From the NCBI GenBank assembly GCA_046045965.1, contig JBJOKS010000025.1:34188-98187 (forward strand): 64,000 bases of DNA. The letters run 5' to 3'. Below are positions 11,112-22,500 of the stretch, in pieces. A program made the position numbers and the translations under genes. The DNA is from Cyanobacteriota bacterium (GTDB lineage: Bacteria > Cyanobacteriota > Cyanobacteriia > Cyanobacteriales > Nostocaceae). The first letter of the stretch is position 1. The number at the start of each line of letters is the position of its first letter. Below the pieces are notes generated by a model that made no database searches, was not told the DNA's origin, and was given only the letters and a program-made list of their open reading frames with translations.

Positions 11112-12992
11112 ATGAGCATCTATCTATCGAAACAAAAATCTCAGAAAAAATCCCGCCAAAATGAAAATGACTGGCGGTTATTTTTGCGTTTAGTACCTTA
11201 TGCTCGTAGCAGTGGGCGGTTACTGGCGCTTTCAATGTTTTTACTTGTACCTATTTCCATTGCTAACTCAGTCCAACCATTATTAATTGGACAGGCCATA
11301 TCTCTAATTCGTCAAGAACCTAGTACCTACGAATTTCTTAAAAATCGTACATTGTGGGAAGGTTTAAGCATTATTCAAGGATTATTTCTGGTGACAATTG
11401 TTGTCAGATTATCATTAACAGGTTTTCAGGGTTATCTGGTCCAAAAAGTAGGGCAAAAAATCACGGCTGCAATTCGTGAAGATTTATTTCATCATGTCAC
11501 ATCTTTAGCAGTGCGTTTTTTTGATCGCACACCTGTAGGTAAATTAATTACCAGATTGATTAACGATGTTGAAAGTTTAGGAGATGTGTTTGCAACTGGG
11601 GCTATTGGCATAGTCTCCGATTTGTTTTCTATGCTGGTAATTATTAGTTTGATGTTTTCTATCCAATCGCAACTGGCTTGTTTGCTACTATTAATTCTGT
11701 TGCCAATCACCTGGCTGATTATTTACTTTCAGCAACAATATCGCCTTGCTAATTACAAATCAAGAGAAGAACTATCAAAACTAAACTCCCAATTACAAGA
11801 AAACATTGTTGGCATTAATATAGTGCAGTTGTTCCGCAGGGAAAAATTTAATGCAGAATTATTTCGCGCTACAAATAACAAATATATCAAAGAAGTTGAT
11901 GCTACGATTTGGTATGATTCTGCTGTTTCTGCAACCTTAGAATGGATAAGTTTGATTGCCATTGCTGGGGTGTTGTGGGTAGGTGGTTTGTTGCTATTAG
12001 GGCAAAATATCACCTTCGGAATTTTATCATCATTTATTCTATTTGCCCAGCAATTATTTGATCCTCTGCGGAATTTTGCCGAAAAATTCACGGTTATTCA
12101 ATCCGGGTTCACTGCAATTGAAAGGGTCAATAATATTTTAGATGAAACCATAGAAATTAAAGACAAAAATAATCCTCGTTTCTCAATTTTAGACACTAAG
12201 TTTGGTTATATAGATGAGATAATTAGGGATTTAGAAGCACAAAATTTTCCTACTAATACTGAACTGGGAGAAATTCGTTTTGAAAATGTTTGGTTTGCCT
12301 ACAAAGATGATGATTATGTCATTAAAGACTTAGATTTTGTCATTCATCCTGGGGAAAAAATAGCTTTAGTGGGACCAACAGGAGCGGGTAAAAGTTCAAT
12401 TATTCGGCTTTTATGTCGGCTTTATGAACCCACACAAGGACGTATTCTCATTGATGGTGTAGATATTCGGGAAATACAACAAGCAGAACTGCGCCGTTAT
12501 ATGGCGGTAATTTTGCAAGAGGCTTTTTTATTTGCTGGTGATGTCAAGAGTAATATTACTTTAGGTGATAGTTACACTTTTGAAGAGATTGAAAAAGCCG
12601 CAGAAAAAACTAATATAGCTGATTTTATTAATCAATTACCTCAAGGTTATGATACTCAATTAAGAGAGAGAGGGACAAATATCTCTAGTGGACAAAAGCA
12701 ACTTTTAGCATTTGCGCGGGCTGCTATCCGTAACCCGCAAATTTTGGTATTAGATGAAGCTACCGCTAATTTAGATGTGGGAACAGAAGCATTAATTCAA
12801 CAGGCATTAAATCAGCTTTTAACAAAACGCACTGCAATTATTATTGCTCACCGTTTATCAACTATTAGAAATGTAGATCGGATTTTTGTGTTGAAACGTG
12901 GAGAATTAATTGAACAGGGAAGTCATGAACAATTGATAGCACAAGGTGGACTTTATTCTACTTTGCATAATTTACAAATGTTGGGAACTTAG
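11112..12992 (+). CDS. ABC exporter, fused TMD-NBD (MdlB/MsbA-like)
   Basis: TM region followed by GPTGAGKSS, ISSGQKQ, ILVLDEATA, IAHRLST. Confidence 0.93.
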   Translation: MSIYLSKQKSQKKSRQNENDWRLFLRLVPYARSSGRLLALSMFLLVPISIANSVQPLLIGQAISLIRQEPSTYEFLKNRTLWEGLSIIQGLFLVTIVVRLSLTGFQGYLVQKVGQKITAAIREDLFHHVTSLAVRFFDRTPVGKLITRLINDVESLGDVFATGAIGIVSDLFSMLVIISLMFSIQSQLACLLLLILLPITWLIIYFQQQYRLANYKSREELSKLNSQLQENIVGINIVQLFRREKFNAELFRATNNKYIKEVDATIWYDSAVSATLEWISLIAIAGVLWVGGLLLLGQNITFGILSSFILFAQQLFDPLRNFAEKFTVIQSGFTAIERVNNILDETIEIKDKNNPRFSILDTKFGYIDEIIRDLEAQNFPTNTELGEIRFENVWFAYKDDDYVIKDLDFVIHPGEKIALVGPTGAGKSSIIRLLCRLYEPTQGRILIDGVDIREIQQAELRRYMAVILQEAFLFAGDVKSNITLGDSYTFEEIEKAAEKTNIADFINQLPQGYDTQLRERGTNISSGQKQLLAFARAAIRNPQILVLDEATANLDVGTEALIQQALNQLLTKRTAIIIAHRLSTIRNVDRIFVLKRGELIEQGSHEQLIAQGGLYSTLHNLQMLGT

Positions 12993-12997
12993 AAGCA

Positions 12998-13106
<109 letters not shown>

Positions 13107-13601
13107 CTATAGCATTTCAAACTTTAATTGATCAGTTTTGAGAAAATCATGGGTGAAATGATCGACCACATTTGTATCACTTAATTCCAAGTTATAAAAA
13201 TCGACAAATTCATGGTTAAAATATGGTCCAGCGTGCCAAGTTCCTACTTCTAATTTAATAAAACAATTTCCGGGAATGCGAAAAGCAGCAAGTTCTGCTA
13301 ATACAGGTTCATTAACGTCGTTGTTAGGTGGACAAACTGCCATCAACCAATCTTTACCTTCTAAAGAACCTAAACATTGAGTACATTGGATATGACGAGT
13401 AATTTTATGAAACTGCGTTCCTTTGTTGTGTAAACGCATAATATAAAAACGGGGGATACCATTTTGTAAATTTAATTGTGCATCTTCAGAATCAAAAGAT
13501 TTTCCATCTTTACTAGCAAATATTAGCTGTCCATAAGGCTGAAAATTTTCTGGTGTGATCAATTCTGCTTTTAGCTGTTTTAATGTCTGGGATGTATTCA
13601 T
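13107..13601 (-). CDS. Ureidoglycolate lyase/hydrolase (AllA-like)
   Basis: ITPENFQPYGQLI, ITRHIQCTQCL, GTWHAGP cupin-type motifs typical of the family. Confidence 0.8.
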   Translation of the reverse strand: MNTSQTLKQLKAELITPENFQPYGQLIFASKDGKSFDSEDAQLNLQNGIPRFYIMRLHNKGTQFHKITRHIQCTQCLGSLEGKDWLMAVCPPNNDVNEPVLAELAAFRIPGNCFIKLEVGTWHAGPYFNHEFVDFYNLELSDTNVVDHFTHDFLKTDQLKFEML

Positions 13602-13838
13602 AAAAAAAGCCTAAAAAAATCCATACAAGATTTATAATACCAATATTTACCAGTCTAGTTCATGAGGAATCAGTGATTTAGGAATTATGGAAGCTTGTTT
13701 TTCTTTATCTGAAGTTTTACTTGCTGTGAATCTGTCTTTAGTCAAAAGTAAAAAAATCAGATTACCTCTTTTAAAATAACGCTCATAGTTTTAAAGTATT
13801 TAAATAACAGAAATAGACTATGTGTGTGAGGATGAGCG

Positions 13839-14900
13839 ATGATATCCAACTTAAATCGGCGTAAATTTATTTGGTATAGTTCTGCTACATTAGGTAATAG
13901 CTTACTGTTGAAAGCTTGCACTAATAACCCTACTTATAATCCAACTCCAACCTCAACAGCAACGAGTAATAATGAAGTATTGAAAATAGCGATCACACTT
14001 CCGGGAATTATTACAGATCAAGCTTGGAATCAATCGGGTTATGAAGGTGTTAATTTAGCAAAACAAAAACTGGGTGCTGAAGTTGCTTATGTGGAAAATG
14101 TCACTCAAGCAGATCAAGCAGAAGTATTAACAGATTTTGCCCGTAAAGGATATAATGTAGTGTTTGCTCACGGTGGACAATTTGATGCAGCAGTAGAACA
14201 AGTTGCTACACAATTTCCTAATACTTTCTTTGTCGCTGTTAACGGTTCTATCAAAGGTGATAATATTGCTGCTTTGCGAATAGATCACCTGCAAGCTAGT
14301 TATTTGTGTGGAATTATTGGTGCTTCTGTAACTAAATCTAACAAATTAGCTTACATCGCTGGACAAGAATTTGAAGCCACTCAACAAGAATTACGAGGAT
14401 TTGAATTAGGTGCAAAATCTGTGAATCCAAATATTAAAATTACTTCTACTTTTACAGGTGATTGGAGTGATGTTGCTAAGGGTAAAGAAGCTGCTTTAGC
14501 TTTAATTTCTGCGGGAAATGATGTAATTTTTCAATGGTTAGATACAGCCTCAGCAGCAGTATTACAAACAGCAAATGATAAAGGAGTTTATGCTTTTGGG
14601 AATACTAAAGATCAGTTAGATGTTGCGCCGAAAGCAGTTTTAACTAGTGCGGTTAAACGGTTAGATTTAGCTATTACTTATTTAGCCGAATTAGCTCAAC
14701 AAAAACAGTTAAAAGGAGAAATTTATACTATTGGTTTTGAAAGACCTGATATATTATATTTAGGTAAATTTGGGGAAGTTGTTCCAGAATCACTGGAAGA
14801 AAAAGCTATGGTGATAAAACAGGAAATTATCGATCAGAAAATTACCTTTTTACCATGTAAGGAAGGAGGTAAAAATACCCGCTGTGTGCAGAAACTATAA
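13839..14900 (+). CDS. BMP-family (PnrA-like) substrate-binding lipoprotein, probable purine/nucleoside binder, Tat-exported
   Basis: NRRKFI Tat motif, LLKAC lipobox, DQAWNQSGYEG, FTGDWSDVAKGKE. Confidence 0.88.
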   Translation: MISNLNRRKFIWYSSATLGNSLLLKACTNNPTYNPTPTSTATSNNEVLKIAITLPGIITDQAWNQSGYEGVNLAKQKLGAEVAYVENVTQADQAEVLTDFARKGYNVVFAHGGQFDAAVEQVATQFPNTFFVAVNGSIKGDNIAALRIDHLQASYLCGIIGASVTKSNKLAYIAGQEFEATQQELRGFELGAKSVNPNIKITSTFTGDWSDVAKGKEAALALISAGNDVIFQWLDTASAAVLQTANDKGVYAFGNTKDQLDVAPKAVLTSAVKRLDLAITYLAELAQQKQLKGEIYTIGFERPDILYLGKFGEVVPESLEEKAMVIKQEIIDQKITFLPCKEGGKNTRCVQKL

Positions 14901-14920
14901 GTTTACAAAGTCCTAATACT

Positions 14921-15000
14921 TAGGAGATCGGCGTTAAAAATTGTCGTGATGACAAGGTAGGAGGTAAGAGGGAAGAGGTTTTCGGACAACTTTACTTTTC
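14921..15000 (+). mobile_element. Truncated copy of the MITE-like element at 31466-31594 (opposite orientation)
   Basis: Exact 18-mer ggcgttaaaaattgtcgt (14930-14947) is the reverse complement of 31567-31584; followed by the shared caaggYaggagg..gagggaagaggtttt. Confidence 0.75.
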
Positions 15001-15164
15001 TGGGTTAGGGGGTGTGTGTGACGTTATTTGATGCTATTGCGATCGCTTTTTTAAGTCGTGGTAATATTTGGAGTGTAGTCTTAACTTCCCTATGTTTTGC
15101 TTCCCTTCGCAGCGGTGCAAACATCATGCAACGTAACTGAGGACTGGAGGTATGGGATGTGAGC

Positions 15165-15207
15165 AATGACTAATAACTAATAACTAATAACTAATAACTA
15201 ATAACCA
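15165..15207. repeat. STRR (ACTAATA)n directly upstream of the acyl-CoA ligase ATG
   Basis: aatgactaataactaataactaataactaataactaataacca. Confidence 0.9.
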
Positions 15208-16701
15208 ATGAACATATTTACATTATTTACCCAAGAAAACAATCATTCAGCCTTAATAACTCCTGATGGTGCTATCATTAACTATCAGCAGTTACGGGAA
15301 AATATCACTAAATTAGTCTCTCAACTCCACAGTTTTGGCTTAAAAAAAGGAGACAGAATAGCCATATCTATGAATAATGGTACACCAATGGCAATCACAT
15401 TTTTAGCATCGGCTTTGTGTGGAACTGCTGCACCATTAAACCCTAAATATAAACAAGACGAATTTAGTTTTTATTATCAAGATACCCAAGCTAAAGCATT
15501 AATTACATTACCCGGAACTTCAGAAGCAGCAATAGCAGCAACACCTGAGATGATGTTAATTAATGCCAATATTAATCATGATGGAACTTTAAACTTTGAA
15601 TTAGTGAAATCAACATCAGCAAAAACCATCAATACAGAACCGCCCGAAGCTGATGATATCGCTATGATTTTACATACTAGCGGTACTACCAGTCGTCCTA
15701 AACGTGTACCTATTCGTCATCGGAATTTAATCGCTTCTGCTAATAATATTATCGGTGCTTATTCCCTGACATCTGCTGATATTACACTTTGTTTAATGCC
15801 ACTTTTTCACATTCATGGTTTGGTAGGATGTTTATTAGCAACTCTCGCATCAGGAGGAACTTTAATTTGTCCCAATGGGTTTAATGCTTTGGAATTTTGG
15901 AAACTGGTAGAAACCTATAAACCTACTTGGTATTCTGCTGCTCCTACCATGCACCAAACAATTTTAGCACGGGCAATTCGTAACTTACAAATTGTCAAAA
16001 ATAACCCCTTCCGTTTCATTCGTTCTAGTAGTGCATCTTTAGCACCAGTTATCATTGAACAAATGGAAAATACTTTAAATTCTCCTGTTTTAGAATCTTA
16101 CAGTATGACGGAAGCAGCGCACTTAATGACAACAAACCCTTTACCACCAAAAACTCGTAAACCAGGAACTGTGGGTTATGGTTTTAATGTGGAAGTTGGT
16201 ATTATGGATGAAGCTGGAAATTTACTATCTCAAGGAAGTTTAGGAGAAGTAGTTGTTAAAGGTGCAAACGTTATTGATGGTTATGAAAATAACCCCGATG
16301 CTAATGCAACAGCTTTTGTTAATAGTTGGTTTCGTACAGGAGATCAGGGAACAATTGATGAAGATGGATATTTGCGTTTAACGGGTAGAATTAAAGAATT
16401 AATTAACCGGGGTGGAGAAAAAATTTCACCTTTAGAAATTGACGATATTTTATTACGTCATCCTGCGGTTTCTGAAGCTTTAGCTTTTGCTGTACCTCAT
16501 AAAAGTTTAGGTGAAGAAATTCATGCTGCTGTGGTTTTACAAGGTGAAATAACTGAAAAGGAACTGCAACAACATTGCTCAACTATGTTGGCTGATTTTA
16601 AAGTACCTAAACAAATTCATATTTTAGAAACTTTACCTCGTGGTGCGACGGGTAAATTACAACGTTTAGCGATGGCGAAATTATTGAATATTTCTGTCTG
16701 A
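15208..16701 (+). CDS. AMP-dependent acyl-CoA ligase, oxalate-CoA ligase (AAE3/Pcs60)-like
   Basis: ILHTSGTTSRPKRVP, MPLFHIHGL, TWYSAAPTMH, FIRSSSASL, ESYSMTEAAH, WFRTGDQG, INRGGEKISP, GATGKLQR. Confidence 0.85.
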   Translation: MNIFTLFTQENNHSALITPDGAIINYQQLRENITKLVSQLHSFGLKKGDRIAISMNNGTPMAITFLASALCGTAAPLNPKYKQDEFSFYYQDTQAKALITLPGTSEAAIAATPEMMLINANINHDGTLNFELVKSTSAKTINTEPPEADDIAMILHTSGTTSRPKRVPIRHRNLIASANNIIGAYSLTSADITLCLMPLFHIHGLVGCLLATLASGGTLICPNGFNALEFWKLVETYKPTWYSAAPTMHQTILARAIRNLQIVKNNPFRFIRSSSASLAPVIIEQMENTLNSPVLESYSMTEAAHLMTTNPLPPKTRKPGTVGYGFNVEVGIMDEAGNLLSQGSLGEVVVKGANVIDGYENNPDANATAFVNSWFRTGDQGTIDEDGYLRLTGRIKELINRGGEKISPLEIDDILLRHPAVSEALAFAVPHKSLGEEIHAAVVLQGEITEKELQQHCSTMLADFKVPKQIHILETLPRGATGKLQRLAMAKLLNISV

Positions 16702-16723
16702 TAGCGTAGCGTGGCGTAGCCAT
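16701..16723 (-). mobile_element. Very small dispersed insertion element (~23 nt), copy 1
   Basis: atagcgtagcgtggcgtagccat; its reverse complement matches 31281-31304 with one substitution and one indel. Confidence 0.7.
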
Positions 16724-16789
16724 ATCAGGATTTTCAGGATTGTGATTACAGGGACTGGCTGAGGTAAAATCTCAGCAGTAGTCATCTTG

Positions 16790-19513
16790 TTATTTGTTAG
16801 GAGATTTGAGATAATTTGCATCAATTGAAACAAATTTACCATCCTGAATCTGCACAAGCACAGCTTCGCCCTGACGCTCTCTTTCTTGTGTAAACTGAAG
16901 TGGATAACCGGATGTATCACTTTCGGAAAGTTTAACATTCTGTAATCCTTCTAATACCGTAGTTCGAGAAGGATCATTAGATAAAGCTTTAATCAAAGCC
17001 TGAGTAGCATCATAGCTGGTGGCAGTACGCCAACTAATGCCTCCTCTCCAGAATTGCTCGGATTTTTTAGCAAAGTTTTTAGCTTGTGCAGTTTCTCTAA
17101 ACCAAGGTACTGCAATTACTAAACCCTGTACATCCTTACCACCTCTGACTAAGGTTTCATTGTTATAAAGAGTATGTCCAGCTAACATTTTTAATTCTTT
17201 AATTTGCCCAGGTTGAGGATTATTCTTAAGTTTTTCGTTTCTACTTTTGATCTCTTTAGCAATGTTAATGGCAATATCTGTGTTTTGCGTATCTGGAAAT
17301 AAAAGTGCTGCTTCTGCTTTATCCGAATATACACTTTTAGCAACTTCTTTTTCCGCATCAAATGTATTAGCAGTTAAATCAATTAGTGGTTTACGAACTA
17401 CCTCACCTCCTAGTTTTTCAAAATAGTTTGTAAATGTCTCTCTGACGCTGTTACTATATGGGCTATTAGGATTAGCAAAAACTACTGCTTTTTTTAATTG
17501 CAGATTCTTATAAGTATAATCAGCTAATTTTTGACCAGCAATTTCATCTGAATAAACTGTTCTAAAGAAAACAGGGTTTTTTAGTAAAATGCTAGTGCTA
17601 GTGGGAGAAATTACTGCTAATCCTGCTTTTTCATATTCTGGTAGTGCTGCTTTTGTAGCATCACTGGAATTATGTCCAATTACTCCCAGTATTGAAGGAT
17701 CTTTAACTAATTCCTCAGCTACTTGTTTTGCTTTTTCTGATTCGTTACTATCATTAGCAATGATTATTTCTAATAATCTACCATTGAAGCCTTTATTTTT
17801 ATTGAATTCATTTTGTGCTTGTGCTACACCACGTAATATTTCTTGAGCATTATTGATGTTATTAACTGGCACAACCACTGCTAAAGTAAAAGGAGAACCC
17901 TGTTGACGAGCTAGACTATTGTTGTAGTAAATTAGCACTTCTGGATCATAGGGATTTGCTTTTACAGCTTGATTAAATAATTCATATGCTTGTGCGTAAT
18001 TTCCCTTTTTAATATTTTCAATTCCCTGATCACGAGGGATATTAGTAATATTAGGGAAGAAAGTTTTATTACTACGACTAATATTAATATTCTGTTCTGT
18101 TGTACAAAAAATACCTAATACCTTTTGTTCATTTGTTAAACAAGAGGTAGAACGATACAGAAAAGCAACCATAATAGCCAAAATAACTGCAACTATGGGT
18201 GCTATTTTGATTAGATTTAAAATAATCGGATTAAGTTTTGTTGAATTACTGTTGCTAGATTCATTCAATTCATAGGGAACATAACGAATATTATCCGTAT
18301 TTTCTTCTGTATTTTCAGTTATGATATTTACTTGATATTGATATGATTGATTTGCTGTTTCGTCACTAGAATTTTTTTTTTGCTCAAACTCAAATTTATC
18401 TAATTCATTAATTTCTTCTCTTAGTGGGTGACGTTGTATGATCCAGCGACGTACTAATTCTATTTTTATTTTCTCCTCTATTTCATCTAAAAAACCATTA
18501 TTTCTTAGAAGTTGCTTTGTTTCTATAATCAATTTATTATCTGTATCCGGTCTCAATCTTCTTATTAATTCGATATAATCTTCTGAATTTTCTTGAGCTT
18601 CTGCTATTGCTGCAAAAACCATTTTTTCTGGAATAGAAAATCCGTCCCAAAACCATGCTAAACCGGCTTCAGCCAATTCAATTGCTTTGCTGGTTATAGC
18701 TTCTACATCTTCACTACTAACTTTCCATTGATTATTTTCTCGCGCTCTACCAAAAATACTAAAACATATTGCTTGGGTAAAATAGGGATGTCCTGCTGAT
18801 AGATTAAAAATGGCTTTTATTGCATCTTTTTCATACTCAATGATATTTTCCGCTGGTTTAATAATTACATCTTTGGTACTGTTCTTGTCTAATAAACCAA
18901 TTTCTTTAATAGGTACATCCCTAAATATCTTACTTATCCTTGAGTTATTTACTGATTTTTGTTCTATAAATACAATCAAAAATAATTTTCTATTAACTTT
19001 AATTGTCGCCAACAAATATTTATAAACCTGTTCTAATAATAATTCTGAATCCTGATTATTTAGTAAGGCATCAAATTCATCAAGTAACAATACTAAATTT
19101 TTGTTTTCTAATGATTGATATACTTGCGGTAAAAATTCATGGGAAAAAATTTCAGTATTTAATTCTAGCTCTGTAATTTCCGGTACTTTGATATTTTCAT
19201 CATCCAAGGAGAGGTCACTAATTACTTCTTTAGCTAACTCTGCTAAAATTTTACTCAGCGAGTCTTGACTATAATATTCTAAATTAAATCTAACAAAAAC
19301 AAACTTATTTAAATCTGGAAGTTTATTAGGAATATTCCGAATGATAGATGACTTACCAATGCGTCGTTGACCATATAACAAGATGACTTGTTGACCTTGC
19401 TGGAGGTAATCATTAATAGATAAAAATAGGCTTTCTCGCCCAAAAAAGAACTGTTGGTCTATTGGACGACCAATAATGTATGGATTCCTTTGAGGCTTGG
19501 AAGAAGTAATCAT
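16790..19513 (-). CDS. STAND-like ATPase - TM - TPR - type I periplasmic-binding (LivJ-like) domain protein
   Basis: RNPYIIGRP..FFGRE, Walker A GQRRIGKSS, Walker B LVLLLDEFD, SAGHPYFTQ (GxP), TM IAPIVAVILAIMVAFLY, TPR, PBP1 motifs LEIIIAND, LGVIGHNSS, TSYDATQAL. Confidence 0.85.
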   Translation of the reverse strand: MITSSKPQRNPYIIGRPIDQQFFFGRESLFLSINDYLQQGQQVILLYGQRRIGKSSIIRNIPNKLPDLNKFVFVRFNLEYYSQDSLSKILAELAKEVISDLSLDDENIKVPEITELELNTEIFSHEFLPQVYQSLENKNLVLLLDEFDALLNNQDSELLLEQVYKYLLATIKVNRKLFLIVFIEQKSVNNSRISKIFRDVPIKEIGLLDKNSTKDVIIKPAENIIEYEKDAIKAIFNLSAGHPYFTQAICFSIFGRARENNQWKVSSEDVEAITSKAIELAEAGLAWFWDGFSIPEKMVFAAIAEAQENSEDYIELIRRLRPDTDNKLIIETKQLLRNNGFLDEIEEKIKIELVRRWIIQRHPLREEINELDKFEFEQKKNSSDETANQSYQYQVNIITENTEENTDNIRYVPYELNESSNSNSTKLNPIILNLIKIAPIVAVILAIMVAFLYRSTSCLTNEQKVLGIFCTTEQNINISRSNKTFFPNITNIPRDQGIENIKKGNYAQAYELFNQAVKANPYDPEVLIYYNNSLARQQGSPFTLAVVVPVNNINNAQEILRGVAQAQNEFNKNKGFNGRLLEIIIANDSNESEKAKQVAEELVKDPSILGVIGHNSSDATKAALPEYEKAGLAVISPTSTSILLKNPVFFRTVYSDEIAGQKLADYTYKNLQLKKAVVFANPNSPYSNSVRETFTNYFEKLGGEVVRKPLIDLTANTFDAEKEVAKSVYSDKAEAALLFPDTQNTDIAINIAKEIKSRNEKLKNNPQPGQIKELKMLAGHTLYNNETLVRGGKDVQGLVIAVPWFRETAQAKNFAKKSEQFWRGGISWRTATSYDATQALIKALSNDPSRTTVLEGLQNVKLSESDTSGYPLQFTQERERQGEAVLVQIQDGKFVSIDANYLKSPNK

Positions 19514-19588
19514 TTCTTGATCATAACTCTAAAAGGGTAATCTCAAGCGTCAATTTTCACTTTTCGTAAAATTTTGTAAAATTCATAT

Positions 19589-22500
19589 TTAGTTGCTCAA
19601 CTCAACAAACTGACCTCCCTTAACCTCTAAAAGAATTGACTTGCCTTGACGCTCTCTTTCTTGTGTAAACTGGAGTGGATAACCGGATGTATCACTTTCG
19701 GAAAGTTTCACATTCTGTAATCCTTCCAATACTGTAGTCCGTGAAATATTGTTAGATAAGGTTTTAATCAAAGCCTGAGTAGCATCATAGCTGGTGGCAG
19801 TACGCCAACTAATACCTCCTCCCCAAAATTCCTCTGATTTTTTGGCAAATTTTTTAGTTTGTGAAGTTTCTCGAAACCAAGGTACTTCAATGACTAACCC
19901 ATCCAGAAAGTTACCCCCTTTAACTAAAGTTTCATTGTTATAAAGAGTATGCACCCCCAAAATTTTTAATTCTTTGATTTGCCCAGGTTGAAGATTATTC
20001 TTAAGTTTTTCGTTCCTAATGGTAATCTCTTTAGCAATTTTAATGGCAACATTAGTATGCTGTGTATCTGGAAACAACATAGCTACTTCTGCTTTATCTG
20101 TATATACACTTTTAGCAACTTCTTTTTCCGCATCAAATTTATCAGCAGTTAAATCAATTAGTGGTTTACGAACTACCTCACCTCCTAGTTTTTCAAAATG
20201 GTTTGTAAATGTCTCTCTGACGCTGTTACTATATGGGCTATTGGGATTAGCAAAAACTATTGCTTTTTTTAATTGCAGATTCTTATAAGTATATTCTGCT
20301 AATTTTTGACCAGCAATTTCATCTGAATAAACCGCTCTAAAGAAAACTGGTTTGTCTAATAAAATACTCGTGCTGGTAGGAGAAATTACTGCTAATCCTG
20401 CTTTTTCATATTCTGGTAGTGCAGCTTTGGTAGCCTCGCTGGAGTTATGTCCAATTACTCCCAGTATTGAAGGATCTTTAACTAATTCCTCAGCTACTTG
20501 TTTTGCTTTGTTTGGTTCGTTACTATCATTAGCAATGACTATTTCTAATAATCTACCATTGAAGCCGTTATTTTTATTGAATTCATTTTGTGCTTGTGCT
20601 ATACCACGTAACATTTCTTGAGCATTAGTTGTGTTTTTGTCTGCTGGTACAACTACCGCAAAGGTAAAAGGAGAACCTTGTTGACGAGCTAGACTATTGT
20701 TATAGTAAACTAGCACTTCTGGATCATTTTGATTTGCTTTTACAGCTTGTTTAAATAACTCCTCAGCTTGTTGATAATTACCTTTTTTGAAGGCTTGAAC
20801 ACCTTGATCACGAAACTTATTGCTAATGTTAGGAAAAATGGTTTTATCGCCCCGACTAATTCTACTATTATCTGCTACACACCAAAACCCAAATTCTTTT
20901 TTTTCTCCTACTGCACAAGGCTTGCTAAAGAATACTGTATAACCACCTAAACCCACAAGCAAAATTATAGCTAATCCTCCTAGAAATCCTTTAAATCTTA
21001 AAACCCAGTTCAGCCAGTTTGAAATTGTATTAGTATTTATATTGACAGATGCGACAGGTGCAGGAGGTGCAGGATTTTTATCTCCAACTTGAAGATTCGT
21101 TCTAGATTTCAGAGTTTGAATTTCTGCTAATTTTTGTTTAGATAATTTCCTGTTAGGATCAATTTGTAAAACAAGCGTAAACTGTTCTTCTGCCTTAGAC
21201 CATTCTTTATTAAGTATTAATTCATGTCCATAATCTTCTCTTACTTCTATTAGAACATCTTTACTTTGTTCACTATCAATTTGGTAAGCTATTGTACCAA
21301 TTTCTAATGCTTGCTCAAAATTTTGAGCTTGTGATTTTTGTTGAGCTAGTGTTAGTAAAGGTTGTACAATTAATTCTTGTTGATGATGATTAGTTTGAGA
21401 ATAAAATTGATAAACTCGATTATATAGATTACTAGCTTCATCTATATTTTGTATCTTCAAATATTCTTGAGCTAAAGAAATAACACATTTAAAATTATTA
21501 GGATTAAGTTTGACGGCTTCTTTATAAAGAGACAATGCTGTTTCAGGCTGATTTTGGCGTAAATTCTCGGCTACTGATAATAACTGACTAACATCATCTT
21601 GGTTAATTTTCTCTAAGTTAGTAATTTCATCTTTTAAGCGATGTTCTTTCACTAACCAAAGACGGACAAACTCTATTTTCACTCGCCGTTTTGTCTCATC
21701 TAAAAAACCATACTCAGATAATTGTTCGTATGCGTCTGTTAAATATTGTGTTATTACTATACCATAGTCATTGGTTAATAATGTTAGTGGTTCTTCAATA
21801 ACAGATTGATTGTTTTTGTTTGCTATTTCTTGAGCCTCTGCTGCGGCTGCAATAATTATTCGCTGCTGCAAATTCAATCCATCCCAGAACCAAGCTAAAC
21901 CAGCTTGTCCTGCTTTGATTGCTTGATTTATAACATTTTCAACATTTTGAGGAGTGATAGTCCGTAAATCATCATTGGGTTTTTTTTGATAGTTATTACG
22001 TACTTGACCATAAATAGCGTGGCAGATAACTTGCGTAAAATAGGGGCTTCCAGCACATATATTGAAGATGGTATCTATGGTTTCTGGTTGATATGTTAAA
22101 ATGCCTTCTGCGGGTTTAGTAATTAATTCTTCGGTTTTATCTTTCTGCAACAGAGTAATTTCTTTATAGAGTGCTGTCCGCAAAAAAGAAAGTAAGGTTT
22201 CTAATTTATTTATATTTCTCCCTACAACGGGAATAATAAATAATCTTTCCTCTTGAGCTAATAGTTGTAGAATATAATCACAAAATATTCTGGTTTCTGT
22301 CTCATCATCTCTTGCAATTAGAACATCAAACTCATCCCAAAGAAAAACTATTTTTTTATCACCTATGTTTTGATAAACTTGAGGTAGAAAATCACGAGAA
22401 AACCTTGGAAAATCGGTTCTTATATTTTCTGCTAACTGTTCTAAAACATCAGGATCATCTTGGAAATCTAATATTTCTAAAATTTTATAGGCAATACTAC

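Noticed and set aside
17589..20621. Similar antisense ORFs at 17589-17846 and 20352-20621 as a duplicated small gene
   Set aside because: Their similarity simply reflects the duplicated sensor-domain DNA on the opposite strand
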